Source: an uncultured Candidatus Actinomarina sp.
Lineage (GTDB): Bacteria > Actinomycetota > Acidimicrobiia > Actinomarinales > Actinomarinaceae
NCBI GenBank assembly: GCA_902571385.1
Contig: CACGBK010000004.1
Location: 3,638 to 67,637, forward strand
Direction of reading: 5' to 3'
DNA: 64,000 nt
The notes under the pieces were generated by a model that saw nothing but the letters and a program-made list of their open reading frames with translations, was not told where the DNA came from and ran no database searches. The position numbers were made by a program, and so were the translations under genes. Below, in pieces: positions 1 to 8,739 of this stretch (within the stretch, counting starts at the first letter, position 1; each line of letters begins with the position of its first letter).

Positions 1-317
1 CTAAATGGAAGACCCCAATGCTCTAATTCAATAACAGCATCAATTGCTTCTTTACAAAGAATATCAACTGCAGGTTGATCAGCAAGATAATCGGATCCCT
101 TAACTGTGTCAAAAGCGTGCCAGTTCCAATTATCTTCTTCTACGTTTGCGAGAGCAGCACTCATGCCACCTTGGGCAGCACCGGTATGTGATCTTGTTGG
201 ATAGAGTTTTGTTATTACCGCAAGTTTCATATGCGGAGCTGCTTCAATAGCAGCTCTGAGACCAGCGCCACCTGCTCCGACTATTACTCCATCAAATGAA
301 TGTTTAATTACTTTCAT
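1..317 (-). CDS. sdhA: succinate dehydrogenase flavoprotein subunit, N-terminal fragment (gene continues past window start)
   Basis: Own minus-strand translation from ATG at 317: [27 protein letters not shown]...[17 protein letters not shown]. It has the GAGGAG FAD-binding fold motif and the RSHT covalent-FAD histidine motif. The ATG overlaps the sdhD stop (ATGA). Confidence 0.85.
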   Translation of the reverse strand, partial: MKVIKHSFDGVIVGAGGAGLRAAIEAAPHMKLAVITKLYPTRSHTGAAQGGMSAALANVEEDNWNWHAFDTVKGSDYLADQPAVDILCKEAIDAVIELEHWGLPF

Positions 318-709
318 ACTTGCCTTACAAATGCAACAATTGCATAAGTTCCTATTATAAAGAAAATTAAAGAAGTTCCATACAATGCACTATGAGCTAG
401 CTTTTTTATTGTTTTATCAGCAATATTGTCATGAATTACAACTCTTACACCATTTGTACCATGCAATAAACTTAGTGCTAAAAGAAGCCAATCAAATGCT
501 CTCCAGTATGGAGTTTCCCACCTTGCAGCCACAAACTCATAATCTAAGTTAAGTGTGTCATTAAAGACGTGCATTATAAACATGTGCCAAACTGCAAGAA
601 AAACTAATACAAGTCCACTTACTCTCATAAAAAACCATGCTTGAAGTTCAAAGCTTGATCCACCAATAGGAGGTTGACGCCTTCCCCAATCTGTTCTAGT
701 AGTTTGCAT
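314..709 (-). CDS. sdhD: succinate dehydrogenase hydrophobic membrane anchor subunit
   Basis: 131-aa protein with three hydrophobic helices, located between sdhC and sdhA and overlapping the sdhA start. Confidence 0.7.
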   Translation of the reverse strand: MQTTRTDWGRRQPPIGGSSFELQAWFFMRVSGLVLVFLAVWHMFIMHVFNDTLNLDYEFVAARWETPYWRAFDWLLLALSLLHGTNGVRVVIHDNIADKTIKKLAHSALYGTSLIFFIIGTYAIVAFVRQV

Positions 710-713
710 TATT

Positions 714-1169
714 TTATTTCCAATCCGGTATAGGTCTTATAATACAATCAACAACTGTCGTCTCACTTGAACTTTTTTCAAGACACAAGTCAAAGTAAGA
801 AGTAGTCATTTTATAAGTTGTTGGAATAAAAATTACGAGGAAAACAAATAATGAAACGAAATTTAGCTGTTTTTGATAGTCTGATCCTTTACTCCATAAA
901 TCTACTGTAATTATTCTTAACCCGTTGATTGCATGCCCTAAAACAGCAGCCATAAGTCCAATCTCAGCAACCCGAAAATAAAAATTTTTGTATACTGCTT
1001 CGGCACCCTCATATATCTCTGGTCCTAAAAGAATCAATGCAGTTGAGATAATATGAAGAAGCAAATATCCAAAAAGTCCAACCCCAGTAACCCTATGAAA
1101 AACATATAGCCACATTCCAGTTTTTCCTTTATAAACAGAACCAGTTGATACAATTTTTTGATATGCCAT
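714..1169 (-). CDS. sdhC: succinate dehydrogenase cytochrome b subunit
   Basis: 151-aa membrane protein with an HRVTG-type motif (FHRVTGVGL) and a second conserved His (LGHAINGLR). It is the first gene of the sdhCDA order. Confidence 0.7.
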   Translation of the reverse strand: MAYQKIVSTGSVYKGKTGMWLYVFHRVTGVGLFGYLLLHIISTALILLGPEIYEGAEAVYKNFYFRVAEIGLMAAVLGHAINGLRIITVDLWSKGSDYQKQLNFVSLFVFLVIFIPTTYKMTTSYFDLCLEKSSSETTVVDCIIRPIPDWK

Positions 1170-1225
1170 TAATTAATTATCCTATAAAAGCAATATTACA
1201 TATAATTATTTAGGATATAAGCCTC

Positions 1226-1254
1226 TTGACATTACGACTTTACAATAATAAATT
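1226..1254 (+). promoter_or_regulatory. candidate sigma70-type promoter for whiB (TTGACA-N17-TAAATT)
   Basis: Perfect -35 hexamer at 1226-1231, 17-nt spacer, and an A/T-rich -10 at 1249-1254, about 40 nt upstream of the whiB start. AT-rich background makes chance matches likely. Confidence 0.35.
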
Positions 1255-1294
1255 ACACTTATGTAATTTAGTTTTTCAATATAAAAGGGGTGGT

Positions 1295-1576
1295 ATGGAA
1301 AAATCAATAATCGAGGAACTTATAGGCGGAATGCCTTCCTGGACCGAAGAAGCAAATTGTAAAGGAGCTGACGCGGACATTTTTTTCCCTGAAAGGGGAG
1401 CATCTACAAGAAAAGCTAAATCTATTTGTAGGGCATGCTCTGTACAAGAAGATTGTCTTGAATTTGCAATCGAAAACTCAGAAAAGTTTGGTATTTGGGG
1501 TGGTTTATCTGAAAGAGAAAGAAGACGAATCAAACGCCAAAGAATTCATGACAGTGATATCAGAGAAGTTGGCTAA
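1295..1576 (+). CDS. whiB: WhiB-family Fe-S cluster transcription factor
   Basis: Four Cys in the WhiB pattern (ANC...C-x2-C-x5-C: CRACSVQEDC), the GIWGG turn, and a basic tail (ERERRRIKRQR). I chose the internal ATG at 1295, preceded by AAAGGGGTGG, rather than the track's 1226 alternative start. Confidence 0.9.
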   Translation: MEKSIIEELIGGMPSWTEEANCKGADADIFFPERGASTRKAKSICRACSVQEDCLEFAIENSEKFGIWGGLSERERRRIKRQRIHDSDIREVG

Positions 1577-2031
1577 GAAATACTAAATTTTTCTTTATAA
1601 GCCTGAAAATCTCTTTCTACTCCAATCTCATCACTTTTAATAATTTCAGTAATAACATTATTTTCGTCAGTTATGTATGTATAACGTAATGATATTCCAG
1701 CACCTTCATTAAAACATCCAAACATTTTTGAGACTTCACCATGTGGCCAAAAATCTGCAAGAATTGGAAACTCTATCTGATTATGTTTTGCCCAAGCTTC
1801 ATTCGTTGGACGGGCAGCAACTGTTATCATCACTGTGTCAGTTTCTGCAGATTTAAAAGAATCCAAATTATCTCGTAGTTCACAAATTTCTCCATCACAG
1901 ACACTGCTAAATGGGAAAGGCATAAAAACGAACATGGTTTTTCTTCCTAAAGAATCTTTAGATTCATATTTTTCTTTATCATAATTTATTAATGAAAATT
2001 CAGGTATGGAATCACCAATATTTAAGCTCAT
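1573..2031 (-). CDS. ahpE: AhpE-like peroxiredoxin (AhpC/TSA family)
   Basis: Colinear with my recollection of mycobacterial AhpE: FPFSSVC peroxidatic site, LRD, FPILADFWPHGEVS, and a length of about 150 aa. Confidence 0.8.
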   Translation of the reverse strand: MSLNIGDSIPEFSLINYDKEKYESKDSLGRKTMFVFMPFPFSSVCDGEICELRDNLDSFKSAETDTVMITVAARPTNEAWAKHNQIEFPILADFWPHGEVSKMFGCFNEGAGISLRYTYITDENNVITEIIKSDEIGVERDFQAYKEKFSIS

Positions 2032-2067
2032 TTTTTCTCCTTTTTTAAAATATTTTAATAATGTTGA

Positions 2068-3120
2068 TTATATAGGAGGCATTGACGTACGTGTTGCCCA
2101 ATTAATCGGGTCATACAATTCATCAATAGTTGGAATTAAATCTGAATCACTTAAAATTTTTTCTAAGCTGAAGGTACTCTTTGAATCAACGAGATAATTT
2201 AAGAAACTATCAGAATAATTATCTAATTCAGAAATTTTTGTTTCAATGTCCTTAGTTGGGCTTTCATAATTAGAAAAAGATAAATCCATCAATAAATCAA
2301 AGATGCTTTCATCTTGAAGAATTCCTAGATCTTTAGATTTCTGTTTTATCACTGATCTATAAAAACTTAGTGGGGCAGCAATATTTTCAAATACTTTACT
2401 AGGATCAATACCCTCTACTCCAGAAATATTAGTAAACATGTCTTGAGGGTTATTGATTGTTTCAGGATTCATATCAAGATTAAGATCTTTAAGATTTTCA
2501 ATCATCTCTTCGGAACTTTTTGTAAGTGTGTTCATTATATTTTTAAATGGTTCCGTATAAACACCAAGACATAATGTTGTATATTCAATTGCAAACAATC
2601 CTAATGTAAGGTCATTTTCATCTGCTTCGAAACTCGTAATTTTTGCATTGAAGTTCTTTTGGTTTATCCCAAGTGTTGAAGATTGTGGGAGTATTAGACC
2701 AAACTGGCTCAAACCCCATGAAAATTTACCTAGTAGGCCGGCTAGATTACCAAATTGCATTCCAAAAATAGATGATTTGATATTATTGCCCCCCATTCCT
2801 CCAAATAAAGATAATTCTGGTGAGTCGATATTTTCAAAATTAAAGTGTTTAATGGATTTAATAAACCACTGGCCATATTCTTTTGGAGTTAAAAAAGTAA
2901 TTTCTCTAGGTCTAGGTTCATTTTTGCTTATTTCTTCGGAATTAAGTTCAATTACCCTAAAAATTTGTTCATAATTTATTTCATTATTTGAGAGTTCGAA
3001 AGGAATATTTTCCTCATCTTTTGTTATGTGGTTATTAATTTGATTTGCCAATTCCCAATTTACGTCTGACTCTTCATTATTGAAAAGATTAAAGAATTGG
3101 GAAAAAATATCTTCAGACAT
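2068..3120 (-). CDS. conserved hypothetical protein, tentatively DUF2342 (Rv3195-like) family without the HExxH motif
   Basis: N-terminal VNWELA motif and a Gly-rich FG...LGKFSWGLSQFGL segment resemble the actinobacterial DUF2342 family as I remember it. The protein has only two His. The start overlaps the htrA stop by 1 nt. Confidence 0.45.
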   Translation of the reverse strand: MSEDIFSQFFNLFNNEESDVNWELANQINNHITKDEENIPFELSNNEINYEQIFRVIELNSEEISKNEPRPREITFLTPKEYGQWFIKSIKHFNFENIDSPELSLFGGMGGNNIKSSIFGMQFGNLAGLLGKFSWGLSQFGLILPQSSTLGINQKNFNAKITSFEADENDLTLGLFAIEYTTLCLGVYTEPFKNIMNTLTKSSEEMIENLKDLNLDMNPETINNPQDMFTNISGVEGIDPSKVFENIAAPLSFYRSVIKQKSKDLGILQDESIFDLLMDLSFSNYESPTKDIETKISELDNYSDSFLNYLVDSKSTFSLEKILSDSDLIPTIDELYDPINWATRTSMPPI

Positions 3121-4334
3121 TAAACATCAGAAGGTCGTAAATCAAGAGTGAAATCTAATGTAATTATATTTTGATTTCTGAGTATTTCTACAGTGATTTC
3201 ATCTCCTGCTCTTTTATTTCGGAGAATAGTTATTAATTGATCTAGAGTAGATATTTTTTCATCATTAATTTTTTTTATTACATCACCAGGTAAAGCACCG
3301 GCCTTACCGATTGCATATATGTCGTTTGCTGGACCATAAAGTTCTTCAATCAAGACTCCTGAAAATATGCGTGCTCCATCATCTGCAACTTCAAAATATT
3401 GAGCACCTAAGATACCTAAGAAAGCATGAAGAACCTTTCCATCATCAAGAATGTCTTCAACAATACCCAATGCAAGATTGATTGGAACAGCGAAGCCTAA
3501 TCCCTCAGCCCCAACATCTGCTGTAGCGATTGCAGTTGTAATTCCAATCAACTCTCCATTATTATTCAACAAAGCTCCTCCACTAGATCCTCTTGTTATA
3601 GGCGCATCAGTTTGAATTAAACCAAAAAGCGTAACTGGATTATTCATATTTTCACTTCCAACATCTAACCTTCTATCAAGGGCAGAAATAACACCTGTTG
3701 TCACTGTTGGAGCCGCACCTAATGTTAATGGGTGTCCTATTGCAACTGCTAAGTCACCAACGAATACACCTTCACTGTTACCAATGGAAATTGGAGTAAG
3801 ATTTTCATTTTCAATTTTTATTACACCAATATCTGTTAACCTATCTGACCCAATAATTTTTGCTTCATACATTCTTCCATCTTCAAAAATAACTCTTACA
3901 TCAGTAGCTTCATCAATTACATGATGGTTAGTTATGATCAAACCTCTTTCATTTATGACGACACCAGATCCACCACCTATAGAAATAAAATCATCCTCAC
4001 TATTCCTCTCTCCAACTTGCAGTTGGACAATAGTTTTTGTGGCGATCTCAGCTATTGAAACAACTTTTGAAGAATCCACCCTTGGTACAACAAGTTCTTT
4101 TTCTTTAATTGTTTCTGTAATTGTTACAGGATCAGGAAGGACAATTTCTTCTTCTTCAAAAATGCCAAAAAAGAATAAAAAAGATAAAACAATAATGCTT
4201 GTAAAAAAAGATGATAGAAAAACTAAATTTAATGATGATCCTCTTTTTTTTGTTTTCTCTTCAACCAGATCAGATATATATTTTTCTGTTTTAAATAATT
4301 CTTGTTGTTGAAATTCTTCTTCTTCCATAAACAT
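3120..4334 (-). CDS. htrA: HtrA/DegP-family trypsin-like serine protease with N-terminal membrane anchor and C-terminal PDZ domain
   Basis: Catalytic triad contexts TNHHVI, DIGVIKI and GSSGGALLN. A TM segment lies near the N-terminus and a PDZ-like GDVIKKINDEKI segment near the C-terminus. Confidence 0.9.
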   Translation of the reverse strand: MFMEEEEFQQQELFKTEKYISDLVEEKTKKRGSSLNLVFLSSFFTSIIVLSFLFFFGIFEEEEIVLPDPVTITETIKEKELVVPRVDSSKVVSIAEIATKTIVQLQVGERNSEDDFISIGGGSGVVINERGLIITNHHVIDEATDVRVIFEDGRMYEAKIIGSDRLTDIGVIKIENENLTPISIGNSEGVFVGDLAVAIGHPLTLGAAPTVTTGVISALDRRLDVGSENMNNPVTLFGLIQTDAPITRGSSGGALLNNNGELIGITTAIATADVGAEGLGFAVPINLALGIVEDILDDGKVLHAFLGILGAQYFEVADDGARIFSGVLIEELYGPANDIYAIGKAGALPGDVIKKINDEKISTLDQLITILRNKRAGDEITVEILRNQNIITLDFTLDLRPSDV

Positions 4335-4425
4335 ATGTTAAATGCATTCTAGTTGTACTTGATTTTTCAAATCCTATCTCTTATTTTTAGTAAAATTGCA
4401 CCAGATAAGTTAAAGTAAATACATA

Positions 4426-5214
4426 ATGCTTTCTGTACAAAATTTAGAAGTTGTTTATCAAGATGTAATTTTAGTTCTCAGAGGTGTTTCTTTCGATATT
4501 CCAAAAGGTCAAATTGTTTCTCTTCTTGGTAGCAACGGTTCCGGCAAAACAACTGCTCTTAGGGCAATTACTGGTTTGTTAGATACGCAAAATGGTGACA
4601 TCACCAAAGGTAAAATATTTATTGAAGATGAAGAAATTACAAATGCGCAGCCCTCAAAAATTGTTCAACTAGGGATTGCCCAAGTTTTGGAAGGGAGAAG
4701 AATTTTCTCAGAGTTAACAGTTAGAGAAAATTTAAGATTAGGTGGTTTTACTGCCAATGATTCGATTGACGAAAATATCGAGAGAGTATTTACCTTATTT
4801 CCAATTTTAAAAGATAGAGATAAAAATACTGCTGGCTATTTGTCAGGTGGCGAACAACAAATGCTAGCTATTGGAAGGGCTTTAATGTCAAACCCAAAAT
4901 ACCTGTTATTAGATGAACCTAGTCTTGGCTTGGCTCCGAAATTAGTACAACAGATTTCTGAATTGATTCTTGAAATTAATAGCCAAGGTGTAACAGTTTT
5001 ATTAGTTGAGCAAAATGCAAATATGGCTCTCAAGATATCATCTCATGGTTACATAATGGAGACTGGCAATATTGTAATGGATAACCCCAGCTCAAAGTTA
5101 TTACAAGATCAAGATGTTCAAGAGTTTTATCTAGGTCTAAATGCAGAAGGAACTGAGAGAAAATCTTTTAAAGACGTAAAACACTACAAACGTAAAAAGA
5201 GATGGTTGTCATGA
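4426..5214 (+). CDS. livF: branched-chain-amino-acid-type (HAAT family) ABC transporter ATP-binding protein, LivF-like
   Basis: Walker A GSNGSGKTT, signature LSGGEQQ, Walker B LLLDEPS, and a basic C-terminal tail. Confidence 0.9.
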   Translation: MLSVQNLEVVYQDVILVLRGVSFDIPKGQIVSLLGSNGSGKTTALRAITGLLDTQNGDITKGKIFIEDEEITNAQPSKIVQLGIAQVLEGRRIFSELTVRENLRLGGFTANDSIDENIERVFTLFPILKDRDKNTAGYLSGGEQQMLAIGRALMSNPKYLLLDEPSLGLAPKLVQQISELILEINSQGVTVLLVEQNANMALKISSHGYIMETGNIVMDNPSSKLLQDQDVQEFYLGLNAEGTERKSFKDVKHYKRKKRWLS

Positions 5215-5978
5215 AAAATGCAGTTGAATTTGTTAATGTAAGTTTAAATTTTGGAGGCGTCAAAGCATTGGATGATATCTCGTTTGAGGTGAAAGAGGGT
5301 TCTTTATTTTCAATCATAGGTCCAAATGGAGCAGGAAAGACATCAGTATTTAACTGTGTTAACGGAATTTATAGGCCGACTTCAGGGGAAATAAAAATTT
5401 ATGATCAAGAAATAGCAGATTTGAAACCTGATAAGATTGCAAATTTGGGTGTCTCACGTACTTTTCAAAATATAGAATTATTTGAAAACATGACTACATT
5501 AGACAATATTTTAATTGGTGCACATAAGCATATAAATTATGGTCCAGTGACAAGTATGCTTCGAACAAAAAAAGTTAAAAATCAAGAAGATGAGGCAAGA
5601 GATATTGCAGAGGATGTTATTGATTTTTTAGAAATAGAAGAACACCGATTTTCTTATATATTATCTTTACCTTACGGAATTCAAAAAAGAATTGAACTAG
5701 GAAGAGCACTAGCAATGAAGCCAAAAGTTCTTTTATTAGACGAGCCAGCAGCAGGAATGAACAATGAAGAAACAGAAGACATTGCAAGATTTATACTAGA
5801 TATACACGAAGAATTAGGAGTAACAATAATATTGGTTGACCATGATATGAACATGGTAATGGACATAGCAACAGATGTAATAGTTATGGATTTTGGTAAA
5901 AAATTATTTTCCGGCTCACCATCTGATGCTGCAAAAGACCAATCAGTTATAGAAGCCTATTTAGGAGTAAGTGATTAA
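5211..5978 (+). CDS. livG: HAAT-family ABC transporter ATP-binding protein, LivG-like
   Basis: Walker A GPNGAGKTS, LPYGIQKRIEL, and Walker B LLLDEPAAGM. I prefer the ATG at 5211 (ATGA overlap with the livF stop, GAGATGG upstream); 5202 is the alternative. Confidence 0.85.
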   Translation: MKNAVEFVNVSLNFGGVKALDDISFEVKEGSLFSIIGPNGAGKTSVFNCVNGIYRPTSGEIKIYDQEIADLKPDKIANLGVSRTFQNIELFENMTTLDNILIGAHKHINYGPVTSMLRTKKVKNQEDEARDIAEDVIDFLEIEEHRFSYILSLPYGIQKRIELGRALAMKPKVLLLDEPAAGMNNEETEDIARFILDIHEELGVTIILVDHDMNMVMDIATDVIVMDFGKKLFSGSPSDAAKDQSVIEAYLGVSD

Positions 5979-5980
5979 AT

Positions 5981-7822
5981 ATGTTGACGATGGAAAATAT
6001 TTTTAGTGAAATAAGTGAAAATGGAGGAAGCACTCCATGTAGGAAAGTGAATGAGATTGCTTCACGATTCCCTGAAAAAGTAGCATTTAGAGATAAAAGA
6101 TTTGGGATTTGGAGTGAAATTTCATATCAAAGTTTTTGGGAACAAGCACAATGGGTTGGTTGTGCTTTGAATTATTTTGGAGTAGATAGATTTGATAAAG
6201 CAGCAGTTCATTCAGAAAATAGACCTGAATGGATAATTGCGGATATTGGGATTCAATCTATACGTGCAATTACTGTTGGACTTTATCCAACGAATCCTCC
6301 ATCAGAAGTAAAATATTTACTTGGACATTCAGAATCAAAAATACTATTTGCAGAGGATCAAGAGCAAGTTGATAAAGCTTTAGAAGTTAAGGATGAATTA
6401 CCAAATCTTCAAAAAATTATATATTTTGAAGATAGAGGAGTAGTTGGCTACAAAGATGAAATCCTCATGTCTTGGGAAGAATTCTTATCTATTGGAAAAG
6501 AAGAGCTAGAAAAAAATAACAGTTTTGTTACTTCGAGGATGGAAGAAATTGAGACAAGCGATGTTGCTTGCTTAATTTATACATCAGGAACAACGGGTGC
6601 CCCTAAAGGTTCCATGATTTCTCATGGAAATTTAGAGTGGTGTGGATCAATTATTCCAAAACTATCTTTTACTCCCGGAATAAGCAATCCTGAATTTCTT
6701 TCTTATTTGCCAATATGTCACATATTTGGAAGATTAATAGATATTATTGTGGCTATTCATGTTATGGGAACAATCAACTTTGCAGAATCAATTGATACTG
6801 TTCAAAGAGATTTAGCAGAGGTTCAACCTTCAATGTTCCCAGCAGTTCCAAGAATTCTTGAACGCATGCATGCTGGTACTTTGGTAAGGATGAAGGATGC
6901 ATCAAGATTGAAAAAAGCTCTCTTCGGCTTAGCTTCTAAATTAGGGAACTTTTCAGCAAATAGAAGACTTGAATTTGGGGATAACGACTTATTAGCCAAA
7001 GTTACAAATTTTGTTGCACAAGTGATATGTTTTAGAGCTTTAAAAAAGAAATTAGGTCTTCTAAATGTAGATAATGCTGTATCAGGGGCCGCTCCAATAT
7101 CACCTGAAATTTTGAAATTCTTTATGAACATGGGAGTCCCTATATATGAAGGCTATGGGATGACTGAGAATAGTGCTGTAGCCACTGGGAACAAACCAGG
7201 TAGCGTTAAATTAGGAACAGTAGGTGTCCCACAGCCAGATGTTGAGATCAAACTTGCCGATGATGGTGAAATACTTGTAAGGCATCCTGGAGTTTTTCTT
7301 GGATATTATAAAAATGAAGAAGCAACTAAAGAGACAATTGATAAAGATGGATGGCTCTATACCGGCGATGTAGGTGAGTATGATGGTGAATTCTTAAAAA
7401 TTATTGATCGAAAAAAAGATATTATTATTACAAGTGGTGGAAAAAATGTTTCTCCATCTGAAATTGAAAATAATTTAAAAACTTCTCCCTATATTAAAGA
7501 GGCAATTGTAATTGGTGATGATAGAAAATTCTTGGCTTGTTTAATTGGTATTGAATATGATATTGTATCCAATTGGGCGCTCAGAAAAAATATACCTCAC
7601 ACAACATATAGAAACTTATCTGAAAACGAAGAAGTTCAAAAACTTATATGGAATGAAATTTTAAAAGCAAACAAACTTACATCAACACTTGAGATAAGAA
7701 AATTTCGAATGATCACAAAAGAACTAGATCATGAAGATGGAGATTTAACCGCTACTCAAAAAGCTAAGCGAAATGTAATTATGGAAAAATTTAGTGACTT
7801 AATCGAAGAAATGTATAAATGA
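5981..7822 (+). CDS. long-chain fatty-acid--CoA ligase (AMP-forming, ACSL/FadD15-like)
   Basis: AMP-binding motifs YTSGTTGAPKG, EGYGMTE, YTGDVG and IIDRKKDIIITSGGKNVSPSEIE. Length 613 aa. Confidence 0.85.
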   Translation: MLTMENIFSEISENGGSTPCRKVNEIASRFPEKVAFRDKRFGIWSEISYQSFWEQAQWVGCALNYFGVDRFDKAAVHSENRPEWIIADIGIQSIRAITVGLYPTNPPSEVKYLLGHSESKILFAEDQEQVDKALEVKDELPNLQKIIYFEDRGVVGYKDEILMSWEEFLSIGKEELEKNNSFVTSRMEEIETSDVACLIYTSGTTGAPKGSMISHGNLEWCGSIIPKLSFTPGISNPEFLSYLPICHIFGRLIDIIVAIHVMGTINFAESIDTVQRDLAEVQPSMFPAVPRILERMHAGTLVRMKDASRLKKALFGLASKLGNFSANRRLEFGDNDLLAKVTNFVAQVICFRALKKKLGLLNVDNAVSGAAPISPEILKFFMNMGVPIYEGYGMTENSAVATGNKPGSVKLGTVGVPQPDVEIKLADDGEILVRHPGVFLGYYKNEEATKETIDKDGWLYTGDVGEYDGEFLKIIDRKKDIIITSGGKNVSPSEIENNLKTSPYIKEAIVIGDDRKFLACLIGIEYDIVSNWALRKNIPHTTYRNLSENEEVQKLIWNEILKANKLTSTLEIRKFRMITKELDHEDGDLTATQKAKRNVIMEKFSDLIEEMYK

Positions 7823-8739
7823 ATATTTTTCTTCAAGCAACATTCGAAGGACTTTCACTAGGTGCCGTTTATTCTCTAGTTGCAATTGGTTTTGTTTTAA
7901 TATTTAGAGCAACAGATGTGCTTAGTTTTGCACAGCCTGCAATGGTTGTTGTCGGTGCAGGTATTATAAGTTATTTTTCTACTCAAATTGGTATACCCTT
8001 TCTATTTGCTTTTTTTCTAGGTATTATTTTGACAGGTGTTCTAGGTCTTATTTTAGAAAGAACTTTTTTAAGACCAATGGTTGGTGAGCCAGTTTTTTCC
8101 GTTGCAGTTCTGACCATAGGAATTGATATATTGCTTCGTGTTGTTTTGGACAATTGGATAGGTATTAATCCTAAATACATGGGGGATCCCTTTCCAAGTT
8201 ATGGAAATTTTGGTTCCGTTAACATAGCGGGATTAACAGTAAAGTACCTAGAAGTAACCGCATTAATTACTGCTTTAATGTTAATATTCGTCCTTTCCGT
8301 CTTCTTTAAAAAATCAAAATATGGTGTTGCTATGAGGGCAACATCCCTTGACCAAGAAGCAGCTCTAGCACAAGGAATAAATGTAGGTAGAGTTTTTGGA
8401 TTAGTCTGGTTTATTGCTGGATTGTTGGCAGCCTTTGCTGGCTTTTTCATTACTGGAGGATTCAATACTTTAACAAATACCAGTTTCATCTCTGCATTAA
8501 GAGCGCTTCCAGCAGTTGTAATTGGAGGTCTTGATTCCATAACAGGTGCAGTTGTAGGTTCGCTTATTATTGGCCTAACTCAAGCATATGTTGGTTATTA
8601 TCAATTTGATATAGAAAGTGCATACAACATTAAATTAGGAAATGGATTTTCAATTGTTGCTCCTTATGTAATTATGTTCGTAATTTTAATTGTTAAACCT
8701 GATGGATTATTTGGGACAGAAGAAGTGGAAAGAGTATGA
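7819..8739 (+). CDS. livH: HAAT-family ABC transporter permease, LivH-like
   Basis: Multi-TM protein with a typical LivH N-terminus (QATFEGLSLGAVYSLVAIGFVLIF). ATGA overlap with the upstream gene. Confidence 0.9.
   Translation: MNIFLQATFEGLSLGAVYSLVAIGFVLIFRATDVLSFAQPAMVVVGAGIISYFSTQIGIPFLFAFFLGIILTGVLGLILERTFLRPMVGEPVFSVAVLTIGIDILLRVVLDNWIGINPKYMGDPFPSYGNFGSVNIAGLTVKYLEVTALITALMLIFVLSVFFKKSKYGVAMRATSLDQEAALAQGINVGRVFGLVWFIAGLLAAFAGFFITGGFNTLTNTSFISALRALPAVVIGGLDSITGAVVGSLIIGLTQAYVGYYQFDIESAYNIKLGNGFSIVAPYVIMFVILIVKPDGLFGTEEVERV

Noticed and set aside
1276-1533. Antisense ORFs in the supplied track opposite well-supported genes. Examples: 1276-1533(-), 2648-2974(+), 3934-4311(+), 8199-8540(-), 9875-10132(-), 16154-16606(-), 32524-33021(-), 36785-37105(-), 60837-61136(-), 63628-63948(-).
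   Set aside because: Each lies entirely within a gene that has clear family motifs on the other strand. Their translations are low-complexity Ser/Ile/Phe/Lys-rich, as expected for shadow frames in AT-rich DNA, with no motifs or start context.
2006-2197. 63-aa plus-strand ORF bridging the ahpE / DUF2342-like intergenic gap.
   Set aside because: It overlaps the 5' end of ahpE and the 3' end of the neighbouring gene on the opposite strand, and has no RBS or motif. The real gap is only 36 nt.
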